Program-made: the position numbers and the translations under genes
Part shown: positions 1 through 7,882 of the stretch, piece after piece
Numbering within the stretch: the stretch's first letter is position 1
Layout: each line of letters starts with the position of its first letter
The notes under the pieces: model-generated
Databases searched by the model: none
Told to the model about the DNA's origin: nothing
The model's input: only the letters and a program-made list of their open reading frames with translations
Assembly (NCBI GenBank): GCA_964566945.1
Contig: CAZMKE010000007.1
Coordinates: 175,743 to 239,742, forward strand
Source: an uncultured Verrucomicrobiota bacterium
Lineage (GTDB): Bacteria > Verrucomicrobiota > Verrucomicrobiia > Limisphaerales > SXQI01
DNA: 64,000 nucleotides
Direction of reading: 5' to 3'

Positions 1-30
1 ACCGCCCGGGAGACAGACGGAGCACTGAAA

Positions 31-600
31 ATGGCTCGCGTGGCGTTTGCCTTGGCGGATCTCAGCCCGAGTGACGAGGAGTGTGCGGCGGCCGCCTCCT
101 TGGGAGTGGAAGCGGCCCAATTGGTTTGTCAAAAAGAGCCCCGCAACGCCGCCGCGCAGTACTATCTCGGGCTAAATCTGGGAGCGCTTGCCCGGACCAA
201 GAAGCTTGAGGCTCTTTCTCTCCTAAAACGGATGGAAACCGCATTAACTGCTGCCAGCGAGGTGGATGCGCATTTCGATCATGCCGGGCCGGATCGATCC
301 TTGGGGCTATTATACCTCGAAGCGCCGGGCTGGCCCATCAGCGTGGGGAGCAAGCGGAAAGCCCGGGATTGCCTGGAGAAAGCGGTAGCCCTGGACCCTG
401 CTTTTCCCGATAACCGGTTGACGGTCCTGGAAGCTTATTCCCGCTGGGGCGAGTCGGGGCTTTTGCGGACGGGCATGAAAGAATACGAGTCACGGTTAGC
501 GGTCGCCCGCCAATCTTACGCCGGACCCGAGTGGGAGCAGGCCTGGCATGATTGGGATGCTCGCTGGCAAGCGTTGCGTGAAAAAGCAGGAAAGAATTAA
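31..600 (+). CDS. TPR-like helical repeat protein (hypothetical); possibly 5'-truncated by the window edge
   Basis: 189-aa ORF with helical-repeat segments such as AAQYYLGLNLGAL and ARDCLEKAVALDPAF. The frame stays open back to nt 1, so the true start may lie upstream of the window. Confidence 0.5.
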   Translation: MARVAFALADLSPSDEECAAAASLGVEAAQLVCQKEPRNAAAQYYLGLNLGALARTKKLEALSLLKRMETALTAASEVDAHFDHAGPDRSLGLLYLEAPGWPISVGSKRKARDCLEKAVALDPAFPDNRLTVLEAYSRWGESGLLRTGMKEYESRLAVARQSYAGPEWEQAWHDWDARWQALREKAGKN

Positions 601-717
601 TTTAAAGCTTTGGTCGATCGGCATTTCTGCCGATGGCAGGAGTTTGCCCGCATTTGACAATGGCACTGGCTTTGCTATCTGAGAGGAGCCGCTCAAATTG
701 ATATTTACCTAATTCGT

Positions 718-1056
718 ATGCGCATCCAGACTCGGAAACAATCGGGCTTTACTCTCGTCGAAATCATGATCGTCGTGGCCATTATCGGCCTCCTCGCCGC
801 GATCGCTATTCCCAACTTCGTCAAAGCGCGTGGAACTGCGCAGAAGAATGCCTGTATCAGAAACTTACGGGAAATTGACGGTGCCAAAGAGCAGTGGGCT
901 TTGGAGAACAAAAAAAGTGCGGGTTCGGCAATCGATGAAGCTCAGGTGAACAGCTACATCAAAGGGGGAGGGCCGACTTGTCCTGGGGGTGGCACCTACA
1001 CCTACGGCAACGTCGACACGAATCCTACCTGCACAATTCCCGGACATACTTTATAA
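718..1056 (+). CDS. Prepilin-type N-terminal cleavage/methylation domain protein (type II secretion / type IV pilin-like)
   Basis: N-terminus KQSGFTLVEIMIVVAIIGLLAAIAIPNF matches the class III signal (G|FTLxE followed by a hydrophobic helix). The protein is small and has C-terminal Cys residues. Confidence 0.85.
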   Translation: MRIQTRKQSGFTLVEIMIVVAIIGLLAAIAIPNFVKARGTAQKNACIRNLREIDGAKEQWALENKKSAGSAIDEAQVNSYIKGGGPTCPGGGTYTYGNVDTNPTCTIPGHTL

Positions 1057-1282
1057 GTTGAGTAGCTTTTAAAGTGTTGATGGCAATGCTCTTGCGGGTG
1101 CTGCTCTGAGGTGAAGACGGACCAGAGGTTTGTTCGCTGGAAGAAAAGAACTTGCAAACCAGGACGATTTTGGGGTAGAAAATTTTCGTTACTCAATGTG
1201 ACGGTTGGGTAACGATCATTCCTTCTTATTGCCTTTAGCGATTGATCCGGGGCATGTGCAACGCAGGCCCCAAATTATGTCA

Positions 1283-1310
1283 GGCGGCTCCTTCGGGAGC
1301 CGCCTTTTTT
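1283..1310 (+). terminator. Rho-independent terminator-like hairpin between convergent genes (probably bidirectional)
   Basis: Stem GGCGGCTCC (1283-1291), loop TTCG, stem GGAGCCGCC (1296-1304), then TTTTTT (1305-1310). A second 10-bp hairpin, AATTCGTAAG/CTTACGAATT (1330-1354), abuts the stop codon of the minus-strand gene. Confidence 0.6.
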
Positions 1311-1352
1311 CTGTGGAGATTCTCTGGCGAATTCGTAAGGGTTTCTTACGAA

Positions 1353-2225
1353 TTACACATCACAGATGTCGACCCCCTGGCGGAGGGAGGCGATGGGGTC
1401 TGGTCTTTTTGGAATAAATTCCTGGGCCACGTGGCCTTTGAAACCGGTCTTAAGGATGGCGGCCATGATTGGCTTGTAATTCAGCTCTTGGGTGTCATCG
1501 ATCTCGTGGCGGCCGGGCACGCCCCCAGTGTGGTAATGGGCGATGTAGGGGTGGTACTTGTCGATCGTGGCGATCACGTCGCCTTCCATGATCTGCATGT
1601 GGTAAATGTCGTAGAGGAGCTTGAATCGCTCCGATCCGATCTGTTTGCAGAGTTCAACACCCCAAAGGGTGTGATCGCATTGGTAATCCTTGTGATTCAC
1701 CTTGCTGTTGAGCAGCTCCATCACCACGTTGACGCCGTGCTTTTCCGCCACGGGCATGAGCTTCTTTAGACCCGATGCGCAGTTTTTGATGCCCTGCTCG
1801 TCGTCCAGTCCGGCGCGGTTGCCCGAAAAGCAGATGATGTTCTTCAGGCCGGCATCCTTCACTTTGGGAATGACGGCAGCGTAGCTCTCAATCAACCGGT
1901 CATGATGTTCGAGCCGGTTCCAACCCTTTTCGATGCCCATGCCGGCTCCGTTGGCCATGGCACAAGTGAGGCCGTATTTCTGAATGGTGGGCCATTCGTC
2001 GGGGCCTTGCAGCTCAACCGATTGGATGCCCATTTCTTTGGCGGAACGGCACAGATCTTCGAGAGGGATTTTGTCATAACACCATCGGCAGACCGAGTGA
2101 TTGACGTTACCCTTGCGCTGACCGTTGGTTTCGACGCCTTCAATGAACCGCGACATGGCGAGCAGGGCGGCTCCGGAGACGGCGGTTTGTTTCAGAGCCG
2201 AGCGGCGGGAAAGCAAGTCTTTCAT
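1353..2225 (-). CDS. Sugar phosphate isomerase/epimerase, hydroxypyruvate-isomerase-like TIM barrel, Tat-exported
   Basis: 290 aa with a Tat-like N-terminus, SRRSALKQTAVSGAALLA. IAHYHTGGVPGRHEIDDTQELNY resembles the Hyi-type H.Q.A..PGRHEP..GE.NY motif of the xylose-isomerase-like fold. Confidence 0.75.
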   Translation of the reverse strand: MKDLLSRRSALKQTAVSGAALLAMSRFIEGVETNGQRKGNVNHSVCRWCYDKIPLEDLCRSAKEMGIQSVELQGPDEWPTIQKYGLTCAMANGAGMGIEKGWNRLEHHDRLIESYAAVIPKVKDAGLKNIICFSGNRAGLDDEQGIKNCASGLKKLMPVAEKHGVNVVMELLNSKVNHKDYQCDHTLWGVELCKQIGSERFKLLYDIYHMQIMEGDVIATIDKYHPYIAHYHTGGVPGRHEIDDTQELNYKPIMAAILKTGFKGHVAQEFIPKRPDPIASLRQGVDICDV

Positions 2226-2294
2226 AAGTGGATTTGAAAGATAGTAGACTGCAACCGGCGGAGACCGTCAATTCCCGGTGCGGTGCGGTACACG

Positions 2295-2320
2295 AAAAAA
2301 AGGGACGGAGGTTCCGTCCC
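2295..2320 (-). terminator. Rho-independent terminator downstream of rpmB
   Basis: Stem GGGACGGA (2302-2309) pairs with TCCGTCCC (2313-2320). The A7 run at 2295-2301 reads as a U-tract on the minus strand directly after the hairpin, 30 nt past the rpmB stop. Confidence 0.65.
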
Positions 2321-2351
2321 TTCGAAAAAAATGTGGCGCTGCGGCGCGGTT

Positions 2352-2615
2352 TTAAGCCGCGGCGGTCTGGCCCTTCTTCCAGTTGCGCTTGAGTGGCTTG
2401 GTGATCAAGCCCTTCTTGATGGCGCTGGCACTGACGCGGATATAGCGCACTTCGCCGTCGACAACGGCCTTAACGCGTTGCAGATTCGGGAAAAAGCGAC
2501 GCTTGGTGATGGCCGTCACGTGCGTGCCGATACCGCCCTTTTTCTTGGCTTTACCACTGCGCCAGATGTGGCTGCCCTTGATCGGGCCTTTTCCAGTCAA
2601 TTCACAAATTCGAGC
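2352..2615 (-). CDS. rpmB: 50S ribosomal protein L28
   Basis: MARICELTGKGPIKGSHIWRSGKAKKKGGIGTHVTAITKRRFFPNLQRVK... is a canonical L28 sequence. I set the start at the internal ATG (2615) rather than the ORF-track start at 2663. Confidence 0.9.
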   Translation of the reverse strand, partial: ARICELTGKGPIKGSHIWRSGKAKKKGGIGTHVTAITKRRFFPNLQRVKAVVDGEVRYIRVSASAIKKGLITKPLKRNWKKGQTAAA

Positions 2616-2786
2616 CATAAACTTCCTAAAAAGAACGGAGACAATACGGGCGTTTGCTTCCATTTCAAGTGGAATTTGCTCATTTCTTCAGGCTACGCTC
2701 TCGAACAGGCCCGAGTGAGCGCGTGATCCGGCGTCAGAAAACAGGTTGACCCGTTTTCGTGGTTCCCGCAGCTTTCGTAAATCCCT

Positions 2787-4760
2787 GTGTTGATGAATGC
2801 GGTTCGCAAATGGCTTTGGGTGTTGTCTTCCAGGCATTTGGGAGCCGTTCGGGTTCTGAGTGCGGTAGCGGCGCTTGCTGTCTATGTGGCGAGTTCTCGC
2901 GCTGAGGGTGTGGAGAAGGCGCCTGGATGGGCCTTCCGCCCGCTGCAAAAGCCCGCCCTTCCAGACGGGCCGGCTGGAACGAATCCAATCGACCTTTTCG
3001 TCCGGGGGAAACTTCGCGAGCGCGGGTGGGATGCGACGCCCCGAGCGACTGCTGCAGTCCTCTTGCGGCGTTTGACCATGGACATCACGGGGCTGCCGCC
3101 GTCTCCGGTGGATGTGGAAGCCTTCACCAGAGATTTTGCGGCGGAGGCGTGGGAGACGTGGGTCGATCAACAGCTGAATTCTCCGCAGTATGGCGAGCGC
3201 TGGGCAAGGCATTGGCTGGACCTGGTCCGGTATGCGGACACCGGTGGATTCGAGAAGGACATGATGTTTCCGCTGGCCTGGCATTATCGCGATTATGTGA
3301 TTCGCTCCTTCAATGCGAACAAGCCGTTTGACCGGTTCATCGAAGAGCAGGTCGCCGGCGATGAACTCTGGCCGGACGATCCGGAAGCGCGGGCGGCGAC
3401 CGGGCTTTATGCGGTTGGCCCGGTTTCGCTGGATTCGGCTTTGAGCGCCAACCAGCTCGAGTACGAGTGGCTGACCGATACGGTCGACACAACCGGCGCA
3501 GCGTTTCTTGGGCTGACGGTCGGGTGTGCCCGCTGTCACGATCACAAGTACGATCCGATCACCCAGGCAGACTACTACGGCCTGCAGGCCATTTTCGCTG
3601 CCAGTGATCGGCCCTTTCCCAAGGACGTTCGTGAAGCCCGGTTGAAGGGGTTGAACGGCATTCTCGCCGATGTTCCCATCCCGAAAGAGGCGCTGAATGA
3701 CCCGCGCTGCACGATTGTGACCGACGATAAGGCGGACGCGCAGCTCTTCCATCGAGCCGCGCCTCTAGAGGTCCGGCGGTTGCAGAGAGGCGAGTTGAGC
3801 AAGCCACGCGAGGCTGCCGATCCGGCTCTTCCGGCGGTCTTCCGCGCTCAGCGGGAGTTTGACCCGAGCGCGGTTTCGCCGAACAGCCGGCGGGCCATTC
3901 TGGCGCGCTGGCTGGTTGCGCGTGACAATCCTTTAACGGCGCGAGTCCTGGTGAATCGCATTTGGGCCTGGCATTTCGGCCAGGGCTTGGTGCGAACGCC
4001 CAATGATTTTGGCGCTCAAGGCGAGACCCCGACACACCCGGAATTGCTCGATTGGCTCGCGGCCGATTTCATCGAGCTTGGATGGGATCTGAAGCGGTTG
4101 CATCGGCTCATTCTGACGTCCGCCACCTATCAAATGCGAAGCGCGGGCGGGCTCGCAGCCGCGGCGAAGGCCGATCCGGAGAATCGCCTGCTCGCGCACT
4201 TTTCCCGACGGCGGCTGGATGCCGAAGCGATTTGGGATGCGATGCACTTTGGCGCGGGAACCCTGAACCTGAAAAGTTTCGGGCCGCCGGTTGTGCCGCC
4301 GCTGACCCGGGATGAACTCAGCGGCTTGTTCGGCGACGAGAAATGGAAGCCGACCCGGGAACCCGCGGAAGCCGCTCGGCGCGGCGTTTATCTGTTTGAA
4401 CGGCGCACCTTCTTTCTGCCGGTTCTCGATGCGTTCGATCCGCCGGACAATATGGCGAGCTGCCCCCGGCGTTTTGAGACGATCGTGCCCACGCAGGCAC
4501 TGGCCCTGCTTAACAGTCGCGTGGCTCAGGAACAAGCGCGCGAGTTCGCCCGGCGCTTATTGCGGGAATGCGGCCCGGACGCGGATCAAATTGCCGCGCA
4601 GGCCTGGAGGGTGGCGTTTGGGCGTCGCATTGATCCCGGTGAATTGGCACGCATTCGATCTTTCCTGAACTCGAGCGAGGCCCACGCGCCCACGGAGAAT
4701 GTGGTGACCGCTTTTTGCCTGGCTATCTTTAACATGAACGAATTCGCGTTCGTTGACTGA
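2787..4760 (+). CDS. DUF1549 (PSCyt2) / DUF1553 (PSD1) domain protein, without the N-terminal cytochrome-c module
   Basis: Contains LLRRLTMDITGLPPSP, WLDLVRYADTGG and GCARCHDHKYDPITQADYY, plus a C-terminal DUF1553-like region ending NEFAFVD. Starts are GTG at 2787 or ATG at 2793. It is followed 5 nt later by a DUF1501 gene, which is the conserved pairing. Confidence 0.85.
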   Translation: MLMNAVRKWLWVLSSRHLGAVRVLSAVAALAVYVASSRAEGVEKAPGWAFRPLQKPALPDGPAGTNPIDLFVRGKLRERGWDATPRATAAVLLRRLTMDITGLPPSPVDVEAFTRDFAAEAWETWVDQQLNSPQYGERWARHWLDLVRYADTGGFEKDMMFPLAWHYRDYVIRSFNANKPFDRFIEEQVAGDELWPDDPEARAATGLYAVGPVSLDSALSANQLEYEWLTDTVDTTGAAFLGLTVGCARCHDHKYDPITQADYYGLQAIFAASDRPFPKDVREARLKGLNGILADVPIPKEALNDPRCTIVTDDKADAQLFHRAAPLEVRRLQRGELSKPREAADPALPAVFRAQREFDPSAVSPNSRRAILARWLVARDNPLTARVLVNRIWAWHFGQGLVRTPNDFGAQGETPTHPELLDWLAADFIELGWDLKRLHRLILTSATYQMRSAGGLAAAAKADPENRLLAHFSRRRLDAEAIWDAMHFGAGTLNLKSFGPPVVPPLTRDELSGLFGDEKWKPTREPAEAARRGVYLFERRTFFLPVLDAFDPPDNMASCPRRFETIVPTQALALLNSRVAQEQAREFARRLLRECGPDADQIAAQAWRVAFGRRIDPGELARIRSFLNSSEAHAPTENVVTAFCLAIFNMNEFAFVD

Positions 4761-4764
4761 AGCC

Positions 4765-6240
4765 ATGAATCCCCTCGAACATCTTCGACTCGACCCTCGC
4801 CTCATGTCCCGACGGGATATGCTTCGGCGGGCCGGGCTGGGGTTTGGCGGATGGGCGTTGCTGGATCTTCTCGTTCGGGATGCAAGGGCGATTTCCACCG
4901 GCCCGGCGGGGGCCCCTCTGGCGGCTCGTCCTTCCCATTTCGTTCCGCGCGCCAGGAACGTGATTTTCCTTTTTATGCAGGGCGGGCCAAGCCACATCGA
5001 CACGTTCGATCCCAAGCCCCTTCTGCGGAAGCTGCATGGCCAGCCCCTTCCGCCAAGTGCGACCGAGGGCTTGCAGCTGCGGTTTACAAAAATGGACGCC
5101 TTGATTCATGGCTGTCGCCTGAATTTCTCGAGATGCGGCCAGTCCGGCCTGGAAATCGCCGATAGCTATCCGTACTTGCAGCAATGCGCCGATGAATTGG
5201 CGCTGGTCCGTTCCTGCTATCACGACGCATTCAATCATTCTCCGGCGCAATACATGATGAACACCGGTTCAGCGCGGATGGGGCGTCCCTGCTTGGGATC
5301 ATGGGTCACCTATGGGCTGGGGAGCGTCTCGGAGAATTTGCCGACGTTCGTGGTTATGGCCACGACGAACAACACCAAGGGCGGCCCGCCAGTTTATGGC
5401 CGCGGTTTTTTGCCGGGCACCTATCAACCGACGGTCTTGCGAAATTCCGGCGCGCCGGTGCTTTACCTGGACCCGGCGGAGGGAGGGCCGCACCACGATC
5501 AGCGGGAAATGCTCGATCTGGTGCAGTGGATGAACGAGCGCCACGCGGCGGAACGAGGGCCCGACGTGGAAGATCTGGCCGCGCGAATCGCGTCGTACGA
5601 ATTGGCTTTCCGCATGCAATCGGCCGTGCCCGACGCGGTTGACCTGAGCAAGGAGACGGCTGCAACCCGCGAGCTGTATGGCGTGGACGATCCAATTTCC
5701 GGCGCGTATGCCCGCTCCTGCCTGCGGGCGCGCCGGCTGGTCGAGCAGGGCGTGCGGTTTGTGCAGATCTTTACGGGCAGCGCCGGCAGTGACGACTGGG
5801 ACAATGCGCATGCCGACAATGACGGCGTGCATGCCTCCATGGCCCGGCGAATTGACAAGCCCACTGCGGCGTTGTTGATGGATCTAAAAGCGCGAGGCTT
5901 GCTCGAAAGCACGCTCGTGGTGTGGGGCGGCGAATTCGGACGAACTCCGATCGCTGACGGCCGCTATCCGGACAAGCGGGCCGGACGAGACCATAATCCT
6001 TACGGGTTCACGACCTGGCTAGCGGGCGGCGGGGTCAGGGGCGGGCAAGTGATTGGCGCGACGGACGAGTTCGGATTTCGCGCCGCGGAAGATCGGGTGC
6101 ATATCAATGACCTCCATGCCACGATCCTGAAGCTGCTAGGCCTGGACCATAAAAAACTGACTTTCCTTTTCGAAGGCCGGGAGATGCGCCTGACCGACGT
6201 CGGGGGAGAGAACGATTTTGCTGCCCGACTGACGGCCTGA
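4765..6240 (+). CDS. DUF1501 domain protein (sulfatase-fold), Tat signal
   Basis: Tat motif SRRDMLRRAGLGFGGWA. Also MQGGPSHIDTFDPKP, WDNH-type WDNAHADN, GGEFGRTP and the C-terminal LTFLFEGREMRLTDV, typical of DUF1501. I chose the ATG at 4765. Confidence 0.9.
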   Translation: MNPLEHLRLDPRLMSRRDMLRRAGLGFGGWALLDLLVRDARAISTGPAGAPLAARPSHFVPRARNVIFLFMQGGPSHIDTFDPKPLLRKLHGQPLPPSATEGLQLRFTKMDALIHGCRLNFSRCGQSGLEIADSYPYLQQCADELALVRSCYHDAFNHSPAQYMMNTGSARMGRPCLGSWVTYGLGSVSENLPTFVVMATTNNTKGGPPVYGRGFLPGTYQPTVLRNSGAPVLYLDPAEGGPHHDQREMLDLVQWMNERHAAERGPDVEDLAARIASYELAFRMQSAVPDAVDLSKETAATRELYGVDDPISGAYARSCLRARRLVEQGVRFVQIFTGSAGSDDWDNAHADNDGVHASMARRIDKPTAALLMDLKARGLLESTLVVWGGEFGRTPIADGRYPDKRAGRDHNPYGFTTWLAGGGVRGGQVIGATDEFGFRAAEDRVHINDLHATILKLLGLDHKKLTFLFEGREMRLTDVGGENDFAARLTA

Positions 6241-6310
6241 CCGGTGGTGCGTGTTTTGAAGACTCGTCGCAGGGGCGGACGCGGTGCGGCATCAAGAAAA
6301 TGCAAGCCTT

Positions 6311-7588
6311 ATGAAAACTATCTTACTGATTTGGGCGCTGACGCTCTGCCAACTGCATGCTGATGTCCGGTTTGCAAATTTCTGCGAGTGCGACGGCTGG
6401 ACAAAATGGTCGCCGCGCTCTGAGATTACTCCACGATTCTCGATTTCGGAAGACCAGGGCCGGGAGCATGACGGAGCGCTTCGGATCGAAACGCGATCGG
6501 CGGCGGAGTTTGGCGCTTGGAAAATTTCCGTGCCCGACGTGAAAGGAGGGCGAACCTATCGGCTGGAGGTCTGGTATCAGGTGGCGTCGGTCCCGTATGA
6601 AAAACGGTCAGTGGCGCCCCGCCTGGAGTGGTTTGATGCCACCGGCAAGTCGTTGCGTCCGCCCGAATTTGGACTGGCGGTGGCGGAAGAGCGTGGTTGG
6701 AAAAAAGCTCAGATCGTCACTCCAGCTCCGGAGGGGGCGGTGAGCGCGGAAGTGCAGCTTGGATTTGGTTTCGCGGAGAACGCATCGGTCCTTTTCGATG
6801 ATTTCTTGTTTCAGGAGGAAAAAAAGCCGCGCGATCGCGTGGTGAATGCAGTGACGGTTTTTCACCGGCCGCGCTCGACGAAAGGCGCAGCGGAAAGCGT
6901 CGAGGAGTTTTGCCAGATCGCGGCGCGCGCGGCCGCGCAAAAGCCGGATGTCGTGTGCCTTCCAGAAGGAATCTCCGTGGTGGGCACGGGCAAGACTTAT
7001 TCCGAAGTGAGCGAGCCGATCCCCGGTCCTTCCACGGCGCGACTCGGAACGCTGGCCCGGCAGTTGCATAGCTACGTGGTGGCGGGGCTTTATGAACGGG
7101 ACGGGACTTTGGTCTATAACACGGCGGTCCTGATCGGCCGCGACGGCAAGCTGGCAGGAAAATATCGCAAGACCCATTTGCCGCGCGAAGAGTGGGAAGC
7201 GGGAATCACCCCAGGCCAGGACTATCCGGTGTTTGAAACTGATTTTGGCACTGTCGGACTGATCATTTGCTGGGACGCGCAGTTTCCTGAACCGTCGCGC
7301 GCGATGGCGGCCAAAGGCGCTGAGGTTCTGCTGCTGCCGATCTGGGGCGGGAATGAAACGCTGGTGAAAGCGCGGGCGATTGAGAATCACGTTTTTCTGG
7401 TGAGTTCCAGTTACGACATGAAAACGTTCGTCCTGAATCCGGAGGGGAAGGTCCTGGCGGAGGCGAGCCCGGAAAATCCAATCGCCTTTGCCCAATTGCG
7501 CCTGGATCAGAAGATTTTTGAATGGTGGCTCGGCGATATGAAAGCGCGGACCTGGAGGGAAAGGCGGCCGGATATTCGAATCGATTGA
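6311..7588 (+). CDS. Secreted carbon-nitrogen hydrolase (nitrilase superfamily) with an N-terminal beta-sandwich-like extension of about 190 aa
   Basis: Signal peptide MKTILLIWALTLCQLHA. An E-K-C triad context is visible: VVCLPEG, YRKTHLP and GLIICWDAQFPE. Confidence 0.8.
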   Translation: MKTILLIWALTLCQLHADVRFANFCECDGWTKWSPRSEITPRFSISEDQGREHDGALRIETRSAAEFGAWKISVPDVKGGRTYRLEVWYQVASVPYEKRSVAPRLEWFDATGKSLRPPEFGLAVAEERGWKKAQIVTPAPEGAVSAEVQLGFGFAENASVLFDDFLFQEEKKPRDRVVNAVTVFHRPRSTKGAAESVEEFCQIAARAAAQKPDVVCLPEGISVVGTGKTYSEVSEPIPGPSTARLGTLARQLHSYVVAGLYERDGTLVYNTAVLIGRDGKLAGKYRKTHLPREEWEAGITPGQDYPVFETDFGTVGLIICWDAQFPEPSRAMAAKGAEVLLLPIWGGNETLVKARAIENHVFLVSSSYDMKTFVLNPEGKVLAEASPENPIAFAQLRLDQKIFEWWLGDMKARTWRERRPDIRID

Positions 7589-7669
7589 GCGGCAGTTTCT
7601 GAATAAAAGGCTGAGCTGCCGAAACGCCGCCTTGCCGATGCAGTTTGATTCTGGTAGTCGCGATCCGGA

Positions 7670-7882
7670 ATGGAACCGAACGAAGCGATTGAGCAACTGC
7701 GAGCCAGCGCCGACCAGATTGCCCGAGTGATCACCGGGATGCACCCGATCGTGCCGAAATTGCAGAACGCCCCGGCTCAGGGTGAAATGATCAAGGCTCT
7801 TTTCGAACTCACGAAACAGGTGGAGGTGGTGAAGAAGCACCTGCTCCGGCTGCAGAAAGGCGACGATTCGCGCATTCTTTGA
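7670..7882 (+). CDS. Small helical hypothetical protein (70 aa); doubtful
   Basis: An ORF only. Its 3' end overlaps the non-conserved C-terminal tail of the convergent cyclase gene by 74 nt, and I recognise no family. Confidence 0.25.
   Translation: MEPNEAIEQLRASADQIARVITGMHPIVPKLQNAPAQGEMIKALFELTKQVEVVKKHLLRLQKGDDSRIL

Noticed and set aside
2688-3752. Long antisense ORFs opposite well-supported genes. Examples: 2688-3752(-), 6608-7906(-), 26538-27590(-), 27946-29349(+), 32199-33866(-), 10603-11595(+), 20270-20965(-).
   Set aside because: Their translations are Arg/Pro/Gly-rich and low in complexity, with no recognisable motifs. They lie fully inside genes that have strong family signatures on the other strand. 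These are typical shadow ORFs of GC-rich DNA.
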